From: an uncultured Candidatus Saccharibacteria bacterium
GTDB taxonomy: Bacteria; Patescibacteriota; Minisyncoccia; SW-4-49-11
Length of the DNA stretch: 64,000 nucleotides
Reading direction: 5' to 3'
Assembly (NCBI GenBank): GCA_964633865.1
Contig: CAZWIJ010000006.1
Location: 25,858-89,857, forward strand
In this document: piece after piece, positions 21,849-31,699 of the stretch
How the letters are laid out: every line of letters starts with the position of its first letter
Position numbering within the stretch: position 1 is the stretch's first letter
The notes under the pieces: model-generated
What the model saw: the letters and a program-made list of their open reading frames with translations, nothing else
What the model was told of the DNA's origin: nothing
The model's database searches: none
Position numbers and translations under genes: made by a program

Positions 21849-22994
21849 ATGAATGAATTAAAGAAAAGATGGTCAACATTAAGTAAAAAAGAAAAGAATA
21901 TTGTTATAGGTATTATTGTTGGAATATTAATATTAATTTCTTCAGGTATAGCTTTTGCATTAACCTATAAATCAGATCAGGTTGATAAAAAAGATTCAAA
22001 AGTTGAACCAGTTACAGATAAAATAGACCTAAATAGAGTTTTTCCAGTTGATGAAGAAGAAACAGAAATTAAAGAAGTAAGTCCATTCTCTGGAAATAAA
22101 TGCGAAAGATATAATGCAAGGCCAATAGCAGTTATGATGGCAGGAGATGAGATTGCAAGACCTTTATCAGGATTGTCTAAAGCAGAATTTGTTGTTGAAA
22201 TGCCAGTAATAACAGGTAGTGTCACTAGACTAATGGGAATATTTGTATGTGACACACCTGATGAGGTTGGTTCAATTAGAAGCTCTAGACATGATTATAT
22301 TTCATTGGTAAGAGGATGGGATACAATTTTTGTTCATTGGGGAGGGTCTCATTTTGCTCTTGATGAAATAAAAACAGGTATAAGATATACTGGAGAAAAT
22401 CTAGGTAAAGTAGATAGTATAGATGCCCTTACCACCAGTGGTCCTTTCTTTAGACAAAATTTTGTAGCAGCTCCTCATAATGGATTTGCTTCATTACCAA
22501 AAGTAATAGAATCAGCAAAACAAAAAGGTTATAATATGGAAGGTAAATTTGAAGGATATAAATTCCAATCTGATAGAATGACTGATCAAGAAAAAGAAAA
22601 TTCAGTAGATGGAGTCTTAGAAGTAGGTTTTGGAGGTGTGTTCAAAACAAAATGGGAATATAGTAGTGATAAAAATAAATATATAAGATATTGGAATAAC
22701 GAAAAAGATTCAGATAGAATTAATAATGAAGAAATTAAAGCATCTAATATTGTTGTTATGAGAGCTTTTTCAGAGCAAATTGAAGGCCAATATAACTCAG
22801 TTAATATTTATGGTGAAGGAGAAGCTAAAATTTTTCAGAATGGTAAAGAAATAAATGCAAAATGGAAGAAAGATGGATTTAAAGGAGCTCTAAAATTCTT
22901 TGATATGGAGAATAATGAAATTAGATTAGTAAAGGGACAAACTTTTATAGAAATTATCGAGCCATATCAAAGTTTAATTTGGAATACTAAATAA
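21849..22994 (+). CDS. membrane-anchored DUF3048-like protein
   Basis: N-terminal TM, then RPIAVMMAGDEIARPLSGLSKAEFVVEMPV..G.TRLMGIF resembling YerB/DUF3048. Confidence 0.3.
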   Translation: MNELKKRWSTLSKKEKNIVIGIIVGILILISSGIAFALTYKSDQVDKKDSKVEPVTDKIDLNRVFPVDEEETEIKEVSPFSGNKCERYNARPIAVMMAGDEIARPLSGLSKAEFVVEMPVITGSVTRLMGIFVCDTPDEVGSIRSSRHDYISLVRGWDTIFVHWGGSHFALDEIKTGIRYTGENLGKVDSIDALTTSGPFFRQNFVAAPHNGFASLPKVIESAKQKGYNMEGKFEGYKFQSDRMTDQEKENSVDGVLEVGFGGVFKTKWEYSSDKNKYIRYWNNEKDSDRINNEEIKASNIVVMRAFSEQIEGQYNSVNIYGEGEAKIFQNGKEINAKWKKDGFKGALKFFDMENNEIRLVKGQTFIEIIEPYQSLIWNTK

Positions 22995-22996
22995 AG

Positions 22997-23950
22997 ATGC
23001 TAATTTTGATTCATGGAAAAGATTTATATAGATCTTTAGATCAGATCAAAGCTATAAAAAAACAAGCTTTGTTGAAAAATGCAGAGATACACTCATATAA
23101 TCTAGATGAAGTTGATAAATTGAAACAACTTAAAGTTTTAGAAGAGATCAAACAAAGTTCTGAATTAGGAATATTTAATTCTAGTAAAAAACTTATAATA
23201 ATAAATAATTTTAGTAGTTATTATAAACAAAATTTATTTGATATAAAACCTTTCTTTGATATTATTCAAAGATCTAAAGAAGATATATTTGTTTTTTTTG
23301 AACCAGAAAAATTAATTTCTACAGATAAAATTTATAAATATTTAGTTAAATTAGAATCAAAAGTATATGAATTTGACTCTTTAACAGGACAAAAAAGAAT
23401 TGCTTATACAAATAAGTTAGCTATGAAGTATGATATAATTTTAGACACAAAATCAATTATAAAAATACAAGAAATTTCAAATAATGATAATTTTGTAATA
23501 AATAATTTATTAAATAAAATAGCAAATTTATACTTAGAAAAATTTGTTACAATTGATATGATTCAAAAATTTGAATCAAGATCAGAAGAATATAAAATAT
23601 TTGTCTTTACAGAATATATTCTCAAAAAAAATTTTAGAGATATTTTTAAAGTTATAGATAATTTTGAAAATAAAAGAGAAGAACCTTTAAAATTACTAGC
23701 ATTTCTTATATCTCAAATTAAAAAAGCATTAATGATTAAAGATCTTCAACATAATGGAATTAAAGATTATAATAATTATTTTGAAGGAAATACTTATTCT
23801 GTTAACATAATGGCTTCCCAAGTATCGAAATGGAGTTTATTGGATTTGAAACTTTTCTATTTTGATCTGATTGATTTAGACTATAAAATTAAATTTGATG
23901 GAAATAAACCTTATATTTTAATTAAGTCTTTTTTTAATAAATATATATAA
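22997..23950 (+). CDS. holA: possible DNA polymerase III delta subunit
   Basis: 317 aa; N-terminal (MLILIHGKDLY...) and length resemble HolA; weak. Confidence 0.3.
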   Translation: MLILIHGKDLYRSLDQIKAIKKQALLKNAEIHSYNLDEVDKLKQLKVLEEIKQSSELGIFNSSKKLIIINNFSSYYKQNLFDIKPFFDIIQRSKEDIFVFFEPEKLISTDKIYKYLVKLESKVYEFDSLTGQKRIAYTNKLAMKYDIILDTKSIIKIQEISNNDNFVINNLLNKIANLYLEKFVTIDMIQKFESRSEEYKIFVFTEYILKKNFRDIFKVIDNFENKREEPLKLLAFLISQIKKALMIKDLQHNGIKDYNNYFEGNTYSVNIMASQVSKWSLLDLKLFYFDLIDLDYKIKFDGNKPYILIKSFFNKYI

Positions 23951-24024
23951 ATTTATAATCAACAAAACAAAAAAAGTACACAGTTAATTTTATCAACCAT
24001 GTACTTTTAATTTTGAATATTGAT

Positions 24025-24288
24025 CTATTCTACAGTTTTATTAATAGATTTCATGACATTAGATTTCTTTCTACTAGCATTATTTTTTTTAATGATTCCT
24101 TTCTTTGCAGCTTTATCAATACTTTTATATACTTTAGGTAAAAGTTCTTTAGCTTTCTCTAAGTTTTGACTAGATAGCTCCTTAATCTCTTTTATATTAC
24201 TTTTCATAATTCTTTTTACAGAATTATTTTCAGATTGTCTTTTTAGGGATTGCTTCTCAGCTTTTTTCGCGGATGATGTAATAGGCAT
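24025..24288 (-). CDS. rpsT: 30S ribosomal protein S20
   Basis: 87 aa basic protein, SAKKAEKQSLKR...N...K.IK..I start typical of S20. Confidence 0.7.
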   Translation of the reverse strand: MPITSSAKKAEKQSLKRQSENNSVKRIMKSNIKEIKELSSQNLEKAKELLPKVYKSIDKAAKKGIIKKNNASRKKSNVMKSINKTVE

Positions 24289-24300
24289 ATATGATACTGA

Positions 24301-24528
24301 TTATCTTGTTATATAAGGTACAATTGCTAGAAATCTTGCTCTCTTAATTGCATTAGCTAAATCTCTTTGATGAGATGTTTTTGTTCCAGTTCTTTTTTTA
24401 GATACAATTTTAGCTTGTGGAGACATAAACATCTTTAGAGTAACAGCATCTTTATAGTCTATTTTATCAACATTATTAGTTGTGAAGTAGCATACTTTAG
24501 GTGCTTTTTTCTTATTCTTATTATTCAT
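24301..24528 (-). CDS. rpsR: 30S ribosomal protein S18
   Basis: CYFTT...IDYKD...LK.F.S...KI...R.TG....HQR.L..AIKRAR.LA..PY S18 signature. Confidence 0.8.
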   Translation of the reverse strand: MNNKNKKKAPKVCYFTTNNVDKIDYKDAVTLKMFMSPQAKIVSKKRTGTKTSHQRDLANAIKRARFLAIVPYITR

Positions 24529-24540
24529 ATAATTATTAAA

Positions 24541-25011
24541 TTAAAAAGGTATTTCTTCTAAATTGATTTCATCTTCATCAATATTTACAGTAGGTAATTC
24601 TTCTGATGGAATATTCTGAGCTGTTTGTTGTGGACGAGATGATGGTTTTGCTTGAGAATAATTGTTACTATTGGATCCAGAGGTGGTTTTTGGTCCTAAT
24701 TGAAATGTTTCAATTATAATTTCAGTCTTATAATTTTTTTTACCATCTTGAGATTCCCAAGATCTGGTTTGTAGTCTTCCTTCAATCATTATTGAAGACC
24801 CTTTTTTCATATATTGGTAGATAATCTCAGCTGGTTTTCCATATCCAACAATACTATGATATTCAACAGATTCTTGTTTCTGACCTTGCTGATCTTTCCA
24901 AGATCGGTTAGTAGCTATTCCAAAGTTTACTACTGAGTTTCCATTTGGTAAAGATTTTAGTTCAGGATCTTGTGTTAAGTTACCGAATAAAATGACTTTA
25001 TTTAGATACAT
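24541..25011 (-). CDS. ssb: single-stranded DNA-binding protein
   Basis: [18 protein letters not shown]...OB-fold motif and acidic C-terminal tail ...EEIPF. Confidence 0.85.
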   Translation of the reverse strand: MYLNKVILFGNLTQDPELKSLPNGNSVVNFGIATNRSWKDQQGQKQESVEYHSIVGYGKPAEIIYQYMKKGSSIMIEGRLQTRSWESQDGKKNYKTEIIIETFQLGPKTTSGSNSNNYSQAKPSSRPQQTAQNIPSEELPTVNIDEDEINLEEIPF

Positions 25012-25023
25012 AAGTTTATTGAG

Positions 25024-25419
25024 TTATAAATTACTATTTTCTTCTACAACTTCTTCTTCAGAATCTTGAGCAACAGGAGTGACTTTTTCTACAGGTTTTA
25101 ATTCTACAAAATCTTTTATCACTAGAAATCTTAAGATACTTTCTTCTCTTGATAGTATTGTGTCTAATTCTTTTAATTTAGATCCTTCAAGTTCAAATAT
25201 AGATGTATAGTAGTAACCTTGTCTATAATGTTTTATAGGAAAAGCAAACATTCTAAGATTGTTTTCATCTGTTCCTCCTCTCTCAACAGAAAAGGTTCTT
25301 TCGGTTGAAAATATTTTTCCTTTTAGAGATTCAATGTGAGATTTTACTAATAAGTTTTTGGAGTCTTGCTCTTCAGTTGTTAATTCTGGCTTTAAAATAT
25401 AAGTTATTTCGTACTTCAT
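25024..25419 (-). CDS. rpsF: 30S ribosomal protein S6 (start trimmed to MKYEITYIL)
   Basis: YEITYILKPEL.. S6 N-terminal signature; conserved rpsF-ssb-rpsR order; ORF track start (25473) likely too far upstream. Confidence 0.7.
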   Translation of the reverse strand: MKYEITYILKPELTTEEQDSKNLLVKSHIESLKGKIFSTERTFSVERGGTDENNLRMFAFPIKHYRQGYYYTSIFELEGSKLKELDTILSREESILRFLVIKDFVELKPVEKVTPVAQDSEEEVVEENSNL

Positions 25420-25547
25420 TAATATAATGATAAATTTTAATAAATATAAGGGCTTTATGTTTGTAGATAGCAAACAAATTTATAGTCGTAACTTTTGCGA
25501 AGTTATTAATATAATAGCTTATTTATAGAAAAAAAGCAATACTTTAT

Positions 25548-26003
25548 TTAAGGAATTATGAAGGATTGTTCAGATAATCCTTCTACAAAAGTTGTATTAT
25601 CAAAGTTATTTACCCCCCCAACACCAATATCTCCATTTGAATTTTTTATAATAAAGTAATATGTTCTATTATTTTGATTCGGATCTTTTGGAATTTCTTT
25701 TATATATGCTGGTTTTAATATTGATAAATCTACTAAATTAGTACATATGGAGTCACTGTCAAGGCAGATTTCATTTATAGAATTATCAGATAAGTTCTCA
25801 ATTGATGATGGGTATTGCTTGTTTTTTAAAGTGTATTGCTCTATGGCTGTGTAAATTTTTAACACATTGGATTTATTTACATTATCTTTGGATTGGATTA
25901 AAATAGAGTTTGGGTCAATAGATGTAAAAATAATACCCATTAATATACCTATAAGAGCTATACTTAATAATACTTCTAGTAAAGAAAAAGCTTTTTTTGT
26001 CAT
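25548..26003 (-). CDS. type IV pilin-like protein (short paralog of the pilin module)
   Basis: MTKKAFSLLEVLLSIALIGIL prepilin motif; body (IYTAIEQYTLKNKQYP...NEICLDSD...LKPAYIKEIPKDP) aligns with the N-terminal module of the three giant pilin fusions. Confidence 0.65.
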   Translation of the reverse strand: MTKKAFSLLEVLLSIALIGILMGIIFTSIDPNSILIQSKDNVNKSNVLKIYTAIEQYTLKNKQYPSSIENLSDNSINEICLDSDSICTNLVDLSILKPAYIKEIPKDPNQNNRTYYFIIKNSNGDIGVGGVNNFDNTTFVEGLSEQSFIIP

Positions 26004-26158
26004 GATTTTTAAATTATTCTTACATAATATAATTATATCATTATTCAATTGATATTGAAAATATTAATATATTATTTTTAAAATTGTATTAATCCTTATT
26101 CACATAAATTAGAAAATAAGGTATAATAGAAATGTATCTTATTTTAAATCACTAGCCA

Positions 26159-26839
26159 ATGGCAAATAAAAAAATACAACCAAGGAATAATCCTAAAAAT
26201 AGTACACAGAAATATCTTGATATAGAAAGTATTCAGGACAGTGTTGTCATATTAAAAACAGGGGGGCTTAGAGCTGTACTTATGTGTTCTTCAATTAACT
26301 TTGATTTGAAATCTAACGAAGAACAAGATTCTATTATCTATGCTTATCAGGGATTTCTAAATTCAATTGATTATCCTGTACAGATACAAATTACATCTAG
26401 AGTCTTAAATGTGTCAGGATACCTGAATTATTTAAAAGAATTTGAAGAGAATCAACCTAATGATCTTTTGAGAGCTCAAACAATTGAATATTCTAAATTT
26501 ATTAAGGAAATGGTAGATGGATCAAATATAGTAAATAAGATTTTTTATATAGTTATTCCTTTTGAACCAATAGAAAAACCTGAAGGATTACTTGATAAAA
26601 TAAGTTCTGGTTTCTCTCCAAAATCAGATAATTTAGTATATAGTAAAGAAGATTTTGAGAAATATAAGACACAGCTTTGGCAAAGAGTAAATAATATAAT
26701 GTATGGATTAAAGAGATCTGGAATATATATGACTCCTCTTAATACACAAGAATTAATAGAATTATTTTACTCAATTTATAATCCAGACAGTATTCCAGTA
26801 GAATCTCTTAGTAATGTAGAAACTTTAGATATAACTTAA
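26159..26839 (+). CDS. VirB4/TraE-like N-terminal domain protein (separate ORF)
   Basis: SVVILKTGGLRAVLMCSSINFDLKSNEEQDSIIYAYQGFLNSIDYPVQIQI resembles the N-terminal region of Gram-positive VirB4-like conjugation ATPases; stop 2 nt before next ORF in a different frame. Confidence 0.4.
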   Translation: MANKKIQPRNNPKNSTQKYLDIESIQDSVVILKTGGLRAVLMCSSINFDLKSNEEQDSIIYAYQGFLNSIDYPVQIQITSRVLNVSGYLNYLKEFEENQPNDLLRAQTIEYSKFIKEMVDGSNIVNKIFYIVIPFEPIEKPEGLLDKISSGFSPKSDNLVYSKEDFEKYKTQLWQRVNNIMYGLKRSGIYMTPLNTQELIELFYSIYNPDSIPVESLSNVETLDIT

Positions 26840-26841
26840 AC

Positions 26842-28692
26842 ATGTTTAAAAAAAATAAAATCAATCAAATAAGTGTTACTAGCAAAAATTTAGATTTAGA
26901 ATACCTTCGAGGTCAGAATAATCTAAAAGATTTTTTAGCACCTGCTTCAATTCTAGTTGATTCTAAATATCTTAAAATAGGTACAAAGTATGCAAGAACA
27001 ATTTTTGTTATGACATATCCTAGATTTTTGGTTACAGGTTGGTTTTCTCCTTTAATAAATTTGGATTATGTTATGGATGTTTCAATGTTTTTATACCCTA
27101 TGGATAGTGGAGTAATTCTTAAAACTTTAAGAACACAAGTAACTAGATTCCAAGCATCAATGTCATCAGCTTATGAGAAAGGTTTGGTTAGGGATCCTGT
27201 TGTAGAGACAGCATATAAAGATGCTGAGAACTTAAGAGATAGGTTGCAACAAGGAACAGAAAAGTTCTTTAGATTCGGATTGTATATGACAATATATGCA
27301 GATACAGAAAAACAAATAGACAAATATATTATTGATGTAAATAATATATTACAAACTAGAATGGTATATTCCAAACCTTGTTTATTTCAATCTGAACAAG
27401 GTTTCAAGTCAACAATGCCATTATTAATAGATGAATTGGATATTGGTAATAATTTAAACACGGCTCCATTATCAACTACATTTCCTTTTATATCTGCTAA
27501 TATTTCATCTAATAAAGGTATTTTATATGGAATTAATAGACATAATAATAGTTTGATTTTATTTGATAGATTTTCCATGGAGAATGCAAATGAAGTTATT
27601 TTCGCCAAATCAGGAGGTGGAAAAAGTTATTTGGCAAAGTTAGAAATATTGAGACATTTAATGTTGGGTGTGGAAGTTATTGTTATAGATCCAGAAAATG
27701 AATATTCATATTTAACAGAAGCTGTAGGAGGAACCTTTATCAAGATAGCTTTATCTTCTCGTCAGCATATTAATCCATTTGATTTGCCAGAGCCAAGATC
27801 AGATGAATCTTTATCAGATTTGATGAAGTCTAATATAGCAGATTTAACAGGTATGCTTAGGCTTATGTTGCAGGGAGCAAATTCCAAGGATAAATTCACT
27901 TCTGAGGAAGAGGCAATTATTGATCAAGCACTTTATGAGACATATGCTTCTAAAGATATTAATTTAGATACAGATACTCTTGAGGGAAAATCTACTCCAA
28001 CTTTTTCAGACCTAGAAAATATTTTGAGGAACATAGATGGAGGTGATATGTTAGCTTTAAGATTGTCAAAATATACAACAGGGAGCTTTGCTGGATTTAT
28101 TAATGAACCGACTAATATAGATTTTCAAAATCAGTTAATTGTATTCAATACAAGAGATATGGAAGATGAATTACAATCATTAGCTATGTTTTTGATTACT
28201 CAATTTATTTGGAAAGAGGTTAGAAGAACATTGAAAAAAAGAATATTAGTAGTTGATGAAGCTTGGATTATGATGAAACATGATGCTCCAGCTTCTTTCT
28301 TATTTTCTTTAGCAAAGAGAGCTAGAAAATATTATTTAGGATTAACTACAATTACCCAAGACATAGCTGATTTTCTAAATTCAGATTATGGAAAGGCAAT
28401 TCTAACAAATTCTTCTATGCAGATTCTTTTAAAACAATCACCAGCTTCTATAGATCTAATCAAACAAACATTTTACCTAACAGAAGAAGAGAAATATCTT
28501 TTATTAGAATCTGATGTGGGAGAAGGTATCTTCTTTGCAGGATTAAAGCATGCTGCAATCAAAGTAGTTGCATCTTATGGTGAAGATCAACTTATAACTT
28601 CAGATCCTGAACAAATACTAAAAATGAGACAAATTAAAAGTAGTCAAAATAATCAAAATTCTGAATCAGATCCATTCTCAATTAATTTATAA
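26842..28692 (+). CDS. VirB4/TraE/ConE-like type IV secretion ATPase (ATPase portion)
   Basis: Walker A FAKSGGGKSYLAK, Walker B VVDEAWIMM, and upstream TIFVMTYPRFLVTGWFSPL block characteristic of VirB4-family proteins. Confidence 0.6.
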   Translation: MFKKNKINQISVTSKNLDLEYLRGQNNLKDFLAPASILVDSKYLKIGTKYARTIFVMTYPRFLVTGWFSPLINLDYVMDVSMFLYPMDSGVILKTLRTQVTRFQASMSSAYEKGLVRDPVVETAYKDAENLRDRLQQGTEKFFRFGLYMTIYADTEKQIDKYIIDVNNILQTRMVYSKPCLFQSEQGFKSTMPLLIDELDIGNNLNTAPLSTTFPFISANISSNKGILYGINRHNNSLILFDRFSMENANEVIFAKSGGGKSYLAKLEILRHLMLGVEVIVIDPENEYSYLTEAVGGTFIKIALSSRQHINPFDLPEPRSDESLSDLMKSNIADLTGMLRLMLQGANSKDKFTSEEEAIIDQALYETYASKDINLDTDTLEGKSTPTFSDLENILRNIDGGDMLALRLSKYTTGSFAGFINEPTNIDFQNQLIVFNTRDMEDELQSLAMFLITQFIWKEVRRTLKKRILVVDEAWIMMKHDAPASFLFSLAKRARKYYLGLTTITQDIADFLNSDYGKAILTNSSMQILLKQSPASIDLIKQTFYLTEEEKYLLLESDVGEGIFFAGLKHAAIKVVASYGEDQLITSDPEQILKMRQIKSSQNNQNSESDPFSINL

Positions 28693-28697
28693 ATATT

Positions 28698-29813
28698 ATG
28701 ATTCCTTCTAAGTTAAAAAAAATTCTCATAATAGTTTCAATAATATTAACAATCATAGTAACAATTTTTATTATATATTTTTTATTTTTTAGATCTGGGG
28801 ATGATAACAATATTAACTCAACAATAAATTCACCCGTTGAAGATAATAATAATGATAAAAAAGCATCTATTTTAATTGAAGATGAAATTTTAGATTACAC
28901 AATAAGTCCTTCTAATGAAATAACTTATTATAAAAAATCAAATGGGCATACATATACAACAAATAATCAAGGATCTACTCCTAAACTGATAAGTGATTTT
29001 AATTTAAATAATTTATATAAAGTTGAATGGGCTCCTTCAAAACCATTTGTACTAATTAATTTAGATTCTAAATTTAGTGTATATAATTATATTGAAAAGA
29101 AGTCTTTTCCTTTTCCAAATGATATTTTTGAGGTAGGGTTTTTATCTAATAATAAAATATATTATGTTATCAAAAATGATATAGACTTATATGACATAGT
29201 TGTTTCTAATGAAGATGGATCCAATAAAACCCCAATTATGGTGATGATGACAGACAAAGTTTTATTGGATTCTGTACCACTAACAACAAATATAAGTCAA
29301 ATACTATCACCTCCAAGTGCATTTAGAGAATCTCCTTTAAGAATAATTGACACAATCCAAAAAACAGCAAGTTCTATCTTGGAACCAAAATATGGTTTGA
29401 ATGTATCTTGGTCTCCGACTGGAGAGAATGGCATAATAACATATAGTAGCGAAAAAGGAGGTAAAACTATGTATATGTCGCTTATAGACAACAAAGGAGT
29501 AGAACAAATTTCTTTTAAGCCAATAGGGACAATAGCAGAAAAGATAACTTGGTCTCGTGATGGCAATATTGTTTATTTTACACAACCATTAGTGCCTAAT
29601 AACAAGGTAATGCCTGATGACTATTATGATAATAAAGTGGGTAAATTTTATGAAGCTTTATATAAAATAGATTTAACTTCATTTAAAGTCGAAATATTAT
29701 CAAAAAATATAGGTTTAGTTGATTCAAGAGACTTAAAGTTGAGTGCATCTGGTAAGGAAATATTTTTTATAAATAAGAATGATAATAAACTCTATAAATA
29801 TTCTATTGAATAA
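28698..29813 (+). CDS. membrane-anchored PD40/TolB-like beta-propeller protein
   Basis: N-terminal TM; repeated WSP.G/WSRDG...Y motifs (VSWSPTGENGIITYSS, ITWSRDGNIVYF, VEWAPSKPFVLI). Confidence 0.4.
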   Translation: MIPSKLKKILIIVSIILTIIVTIFIIYFLFFRSGDDNNINSTINSPVEDNNNDKKASILIEDEILDYTISPSNEITYYKKSNGHTYTTNNQGSTPKLISDFNLNNLYKVEWAPSKPFVLINLDSKFSVYNYIEKKSFPFPNDIFEVGFLSNNKIYYVIKNDIDLYDIVVSNEDGSNKTPIMVMMTDKVLLDSVPLTTNISQILSPPSAFRESPLRIIDTIQKTASSILEPKYGLNVSWSPTGENGIITYSSEKGGKTMYMSLIDNKGVEQISFKPIGTIAEKITWSRDGNIVYFTQPLVPNNKVMPDDYYDNKVGKFYEALYKIDLTSFKVEILSKNIGLVDSRDLKLSASGKEIFFINKNDNKLYKYSIE

Positions 29814-29858
29814 TTGATTATTTCTTAAAGATAATATATATGCTTATAAATTAAAATA

Positions 29859-30221
29859 ATGAACAAAAAAATAATTGAAGAAATTAGATTGTTTTATAGT
29901 ATAATTATATTTGTTAATGTAATTATTATTGTGAGTAGTTATACACTAAGATTTATTGAAAAAGAAGATTTTAATATGTGGCTAATGTTTAGTTCAGGAG
30001 TAGTTGCTATTTATGGGATATTTTTGTTTATAACCTTATTATCATTTTGGAAAGATAAAAGTTTAAAAGTATTGATTGTATTCAGTTTTTATTTATTAGT
30101 TATTATAGGTACCTTAACAGTATTATTAAGTCCAGTAAAAGTTCCTATAATGTCATTTGTAGGAAGTATTTTAATGGCAATTAAATTTACTGAGATTGAT
30201 AGTTTAAAGAATGATAGTTGA
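29859..30221 (+). CDS. hypothetical small membrane protein
   Basis: 120 aa, 4 hydrophobic segments. Confidence 0.3.
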   Translation: MNKKIIEEIRLFYSIIIFVNVIIIVSSYTLRFIEKEDFNMWLMFSSGVVAIYGIFLFITLLSFWKDKSLKVLIVFSFYLLVIIGTLTVLLSPVKVPIMSFVGSILMAIKFTEIDSLKNDS

Positions 30222-30470
30222 AGATTTATTTTATATATGATACAATATATATATTAGGAATAAATACATTGTATATCTATGAAATCAAAATTAGAATCTG
30301 AAAATGAATTAAAAATCAATATTGTAGATACAAGTTCTCATATCACAGAAGAGGTGAAAGTTGTTTATGATAAAGATAAGAAAAGAGACATAAAATTAGA
30401 AGATAATTCTAAAATAAAAGTATCCTTAGATAATCTTCATAAAAAGAAGTAAATAATAATAATTACAACC

Positions 30471-30881
30471 ATGAAAATTAATATAGTAGATTTAACAATA
30501 GAAAATCAAGATTATAGAAAAGTAATTTATACAGGAGTAGATAGTCAGCTTGTTATTATGAATATCAAACCAGGTGAAGATATAGGAGAAGAAATGTATC
30601 AAGATGTTGACCAGATAACAGTTATAATAGAAGGGAAAGGAGAACTTACTATGCAAGGAGAAGAAAATAGCGCAGTCTCTGACAATGATTTAGTATTTGT
30701 TTCAGCTGGTAAATATCATAATATAGAAAATGTAGGAGATACTGACCTCAAATTATATACAATTTATGCTCCCCCAGAATTTCAGCCAAATACAATTGAA
30801 GAATTTAATGAAAATTCAGATAAAGGTTTTGGAGAGATTAATAAGTCAGTTTATGGAGATGATTGGGAAAATAATTATTAA
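30471..30881 (+). CDS. cupin domain protein
   Basis: G(X)5HxH-less bacterial cupin pattern: IKPGEDIGEEMY...ITVIIEGKGELT...VFVSAGKYHNIENVGDTDLKLYTIYAPPE. Confidence 0.55.
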   Translation: MKINIVDLTIENQDYRKVIYTGVDSQLVIMNIKPGEDIGEEMYQDVDQITVIIEGKGELTMQGEENSAVSDNDLVFVSAGKYHNIENVGDTDLKLYTIYAPPEFQPNTIEEFNENSDKGFGEINKSVYGDDWENNY

Positions 30882-30883
30882 AG

Positions 30884-31561
30884 ATGAAAATATTAGTTGT
30901 TGAAGATGATATAGATATTCTAGATAGTATAGCTAGTTTTTTAGAAAAAAATCTATATATAGTTGACAAATGCTCAAATGGTAATGATGCTTTAAGACTT
31001 TTATTAAATGGAGAATATGAAGTTTGTTTATTAGATATAAACTTGCCTAATATAAGTGGTGTTGAGATTCTTAAAATTGTTCGTCATAAAAATATAAAAA
31101 CACCAATTATAATAATTACAGCCAAATCACAGTTAAAATCTAAAATAGAAAATTTTGAATTAGGTGCTGATGATTATATTGTAAAGCCATTTCATTTAAA
31201 AGAAGTTTTATTAAGGGTAAACTCTGTCATTAGAAGATCTAGTTTAAATAAAGATGTTTTATTAAAAATTGGGAAGTGGTCAGTATATCCAGATAAATTA
31301 TTATGTATATCAGATTCAAAAATGGAAGTGGAAATCTCAAATAAAGAGATGCAACTATTGGTTTACCTTATAAGAAATAAGAATAAATATATTTCTTCAG
31401 AAGAAATATTAGAACATGTTTGGGATAGAGAATTTAATTTTTTTTCAGATACTATTAAAACTCATATTAAAAATTTAAGAAATAAAATTGATAAAGATAA
31501 AAATTTGATCAAAACAAGTAAAGGTAAAGGATATGGAGTTTTTGATAGTATTCACGATTAA
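30884..31561 (+). CDS. OmpR-family DNA-binding response regulator
   Basis: Receiver domain (KILVVEDD...LLDINLP) + winged-helix trans_reg_C (EMQLLVYLIRNKNKYISSEEILEHVW). Confidence 0.8.
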   Translation: MKILVVEDDIDILDSIASFLEKNLYIVDKCSNGNDALRLLLNGEYEVCLLDINLPNISGVEILKIVRHKNIKTPIIIITAKSQLKSKIENFELGADDYIVKPFHLKEVLLRVNSVIRRSSLNKDVLLKIGKWSVYPDKLLCISDSKMEVEISNKEMQLLVYLIRNKNKYISSEEILEHVWDREFNFFSDTIKTHIKNLRNKIDKDKNLIKTSKGKGYGVFDSIHD

Positions 31562-31699
31562 TTCACTTTGTATATGTTATTATATTCTTAAATATGAATT
31601 TAATTCATATTTAAGTACTATCTTCATAAAAATAAAATGTTATAATATTATCAGAAGAAGACATATTGAAGAAATGTCTTTTTTTGATATAATAAATAT

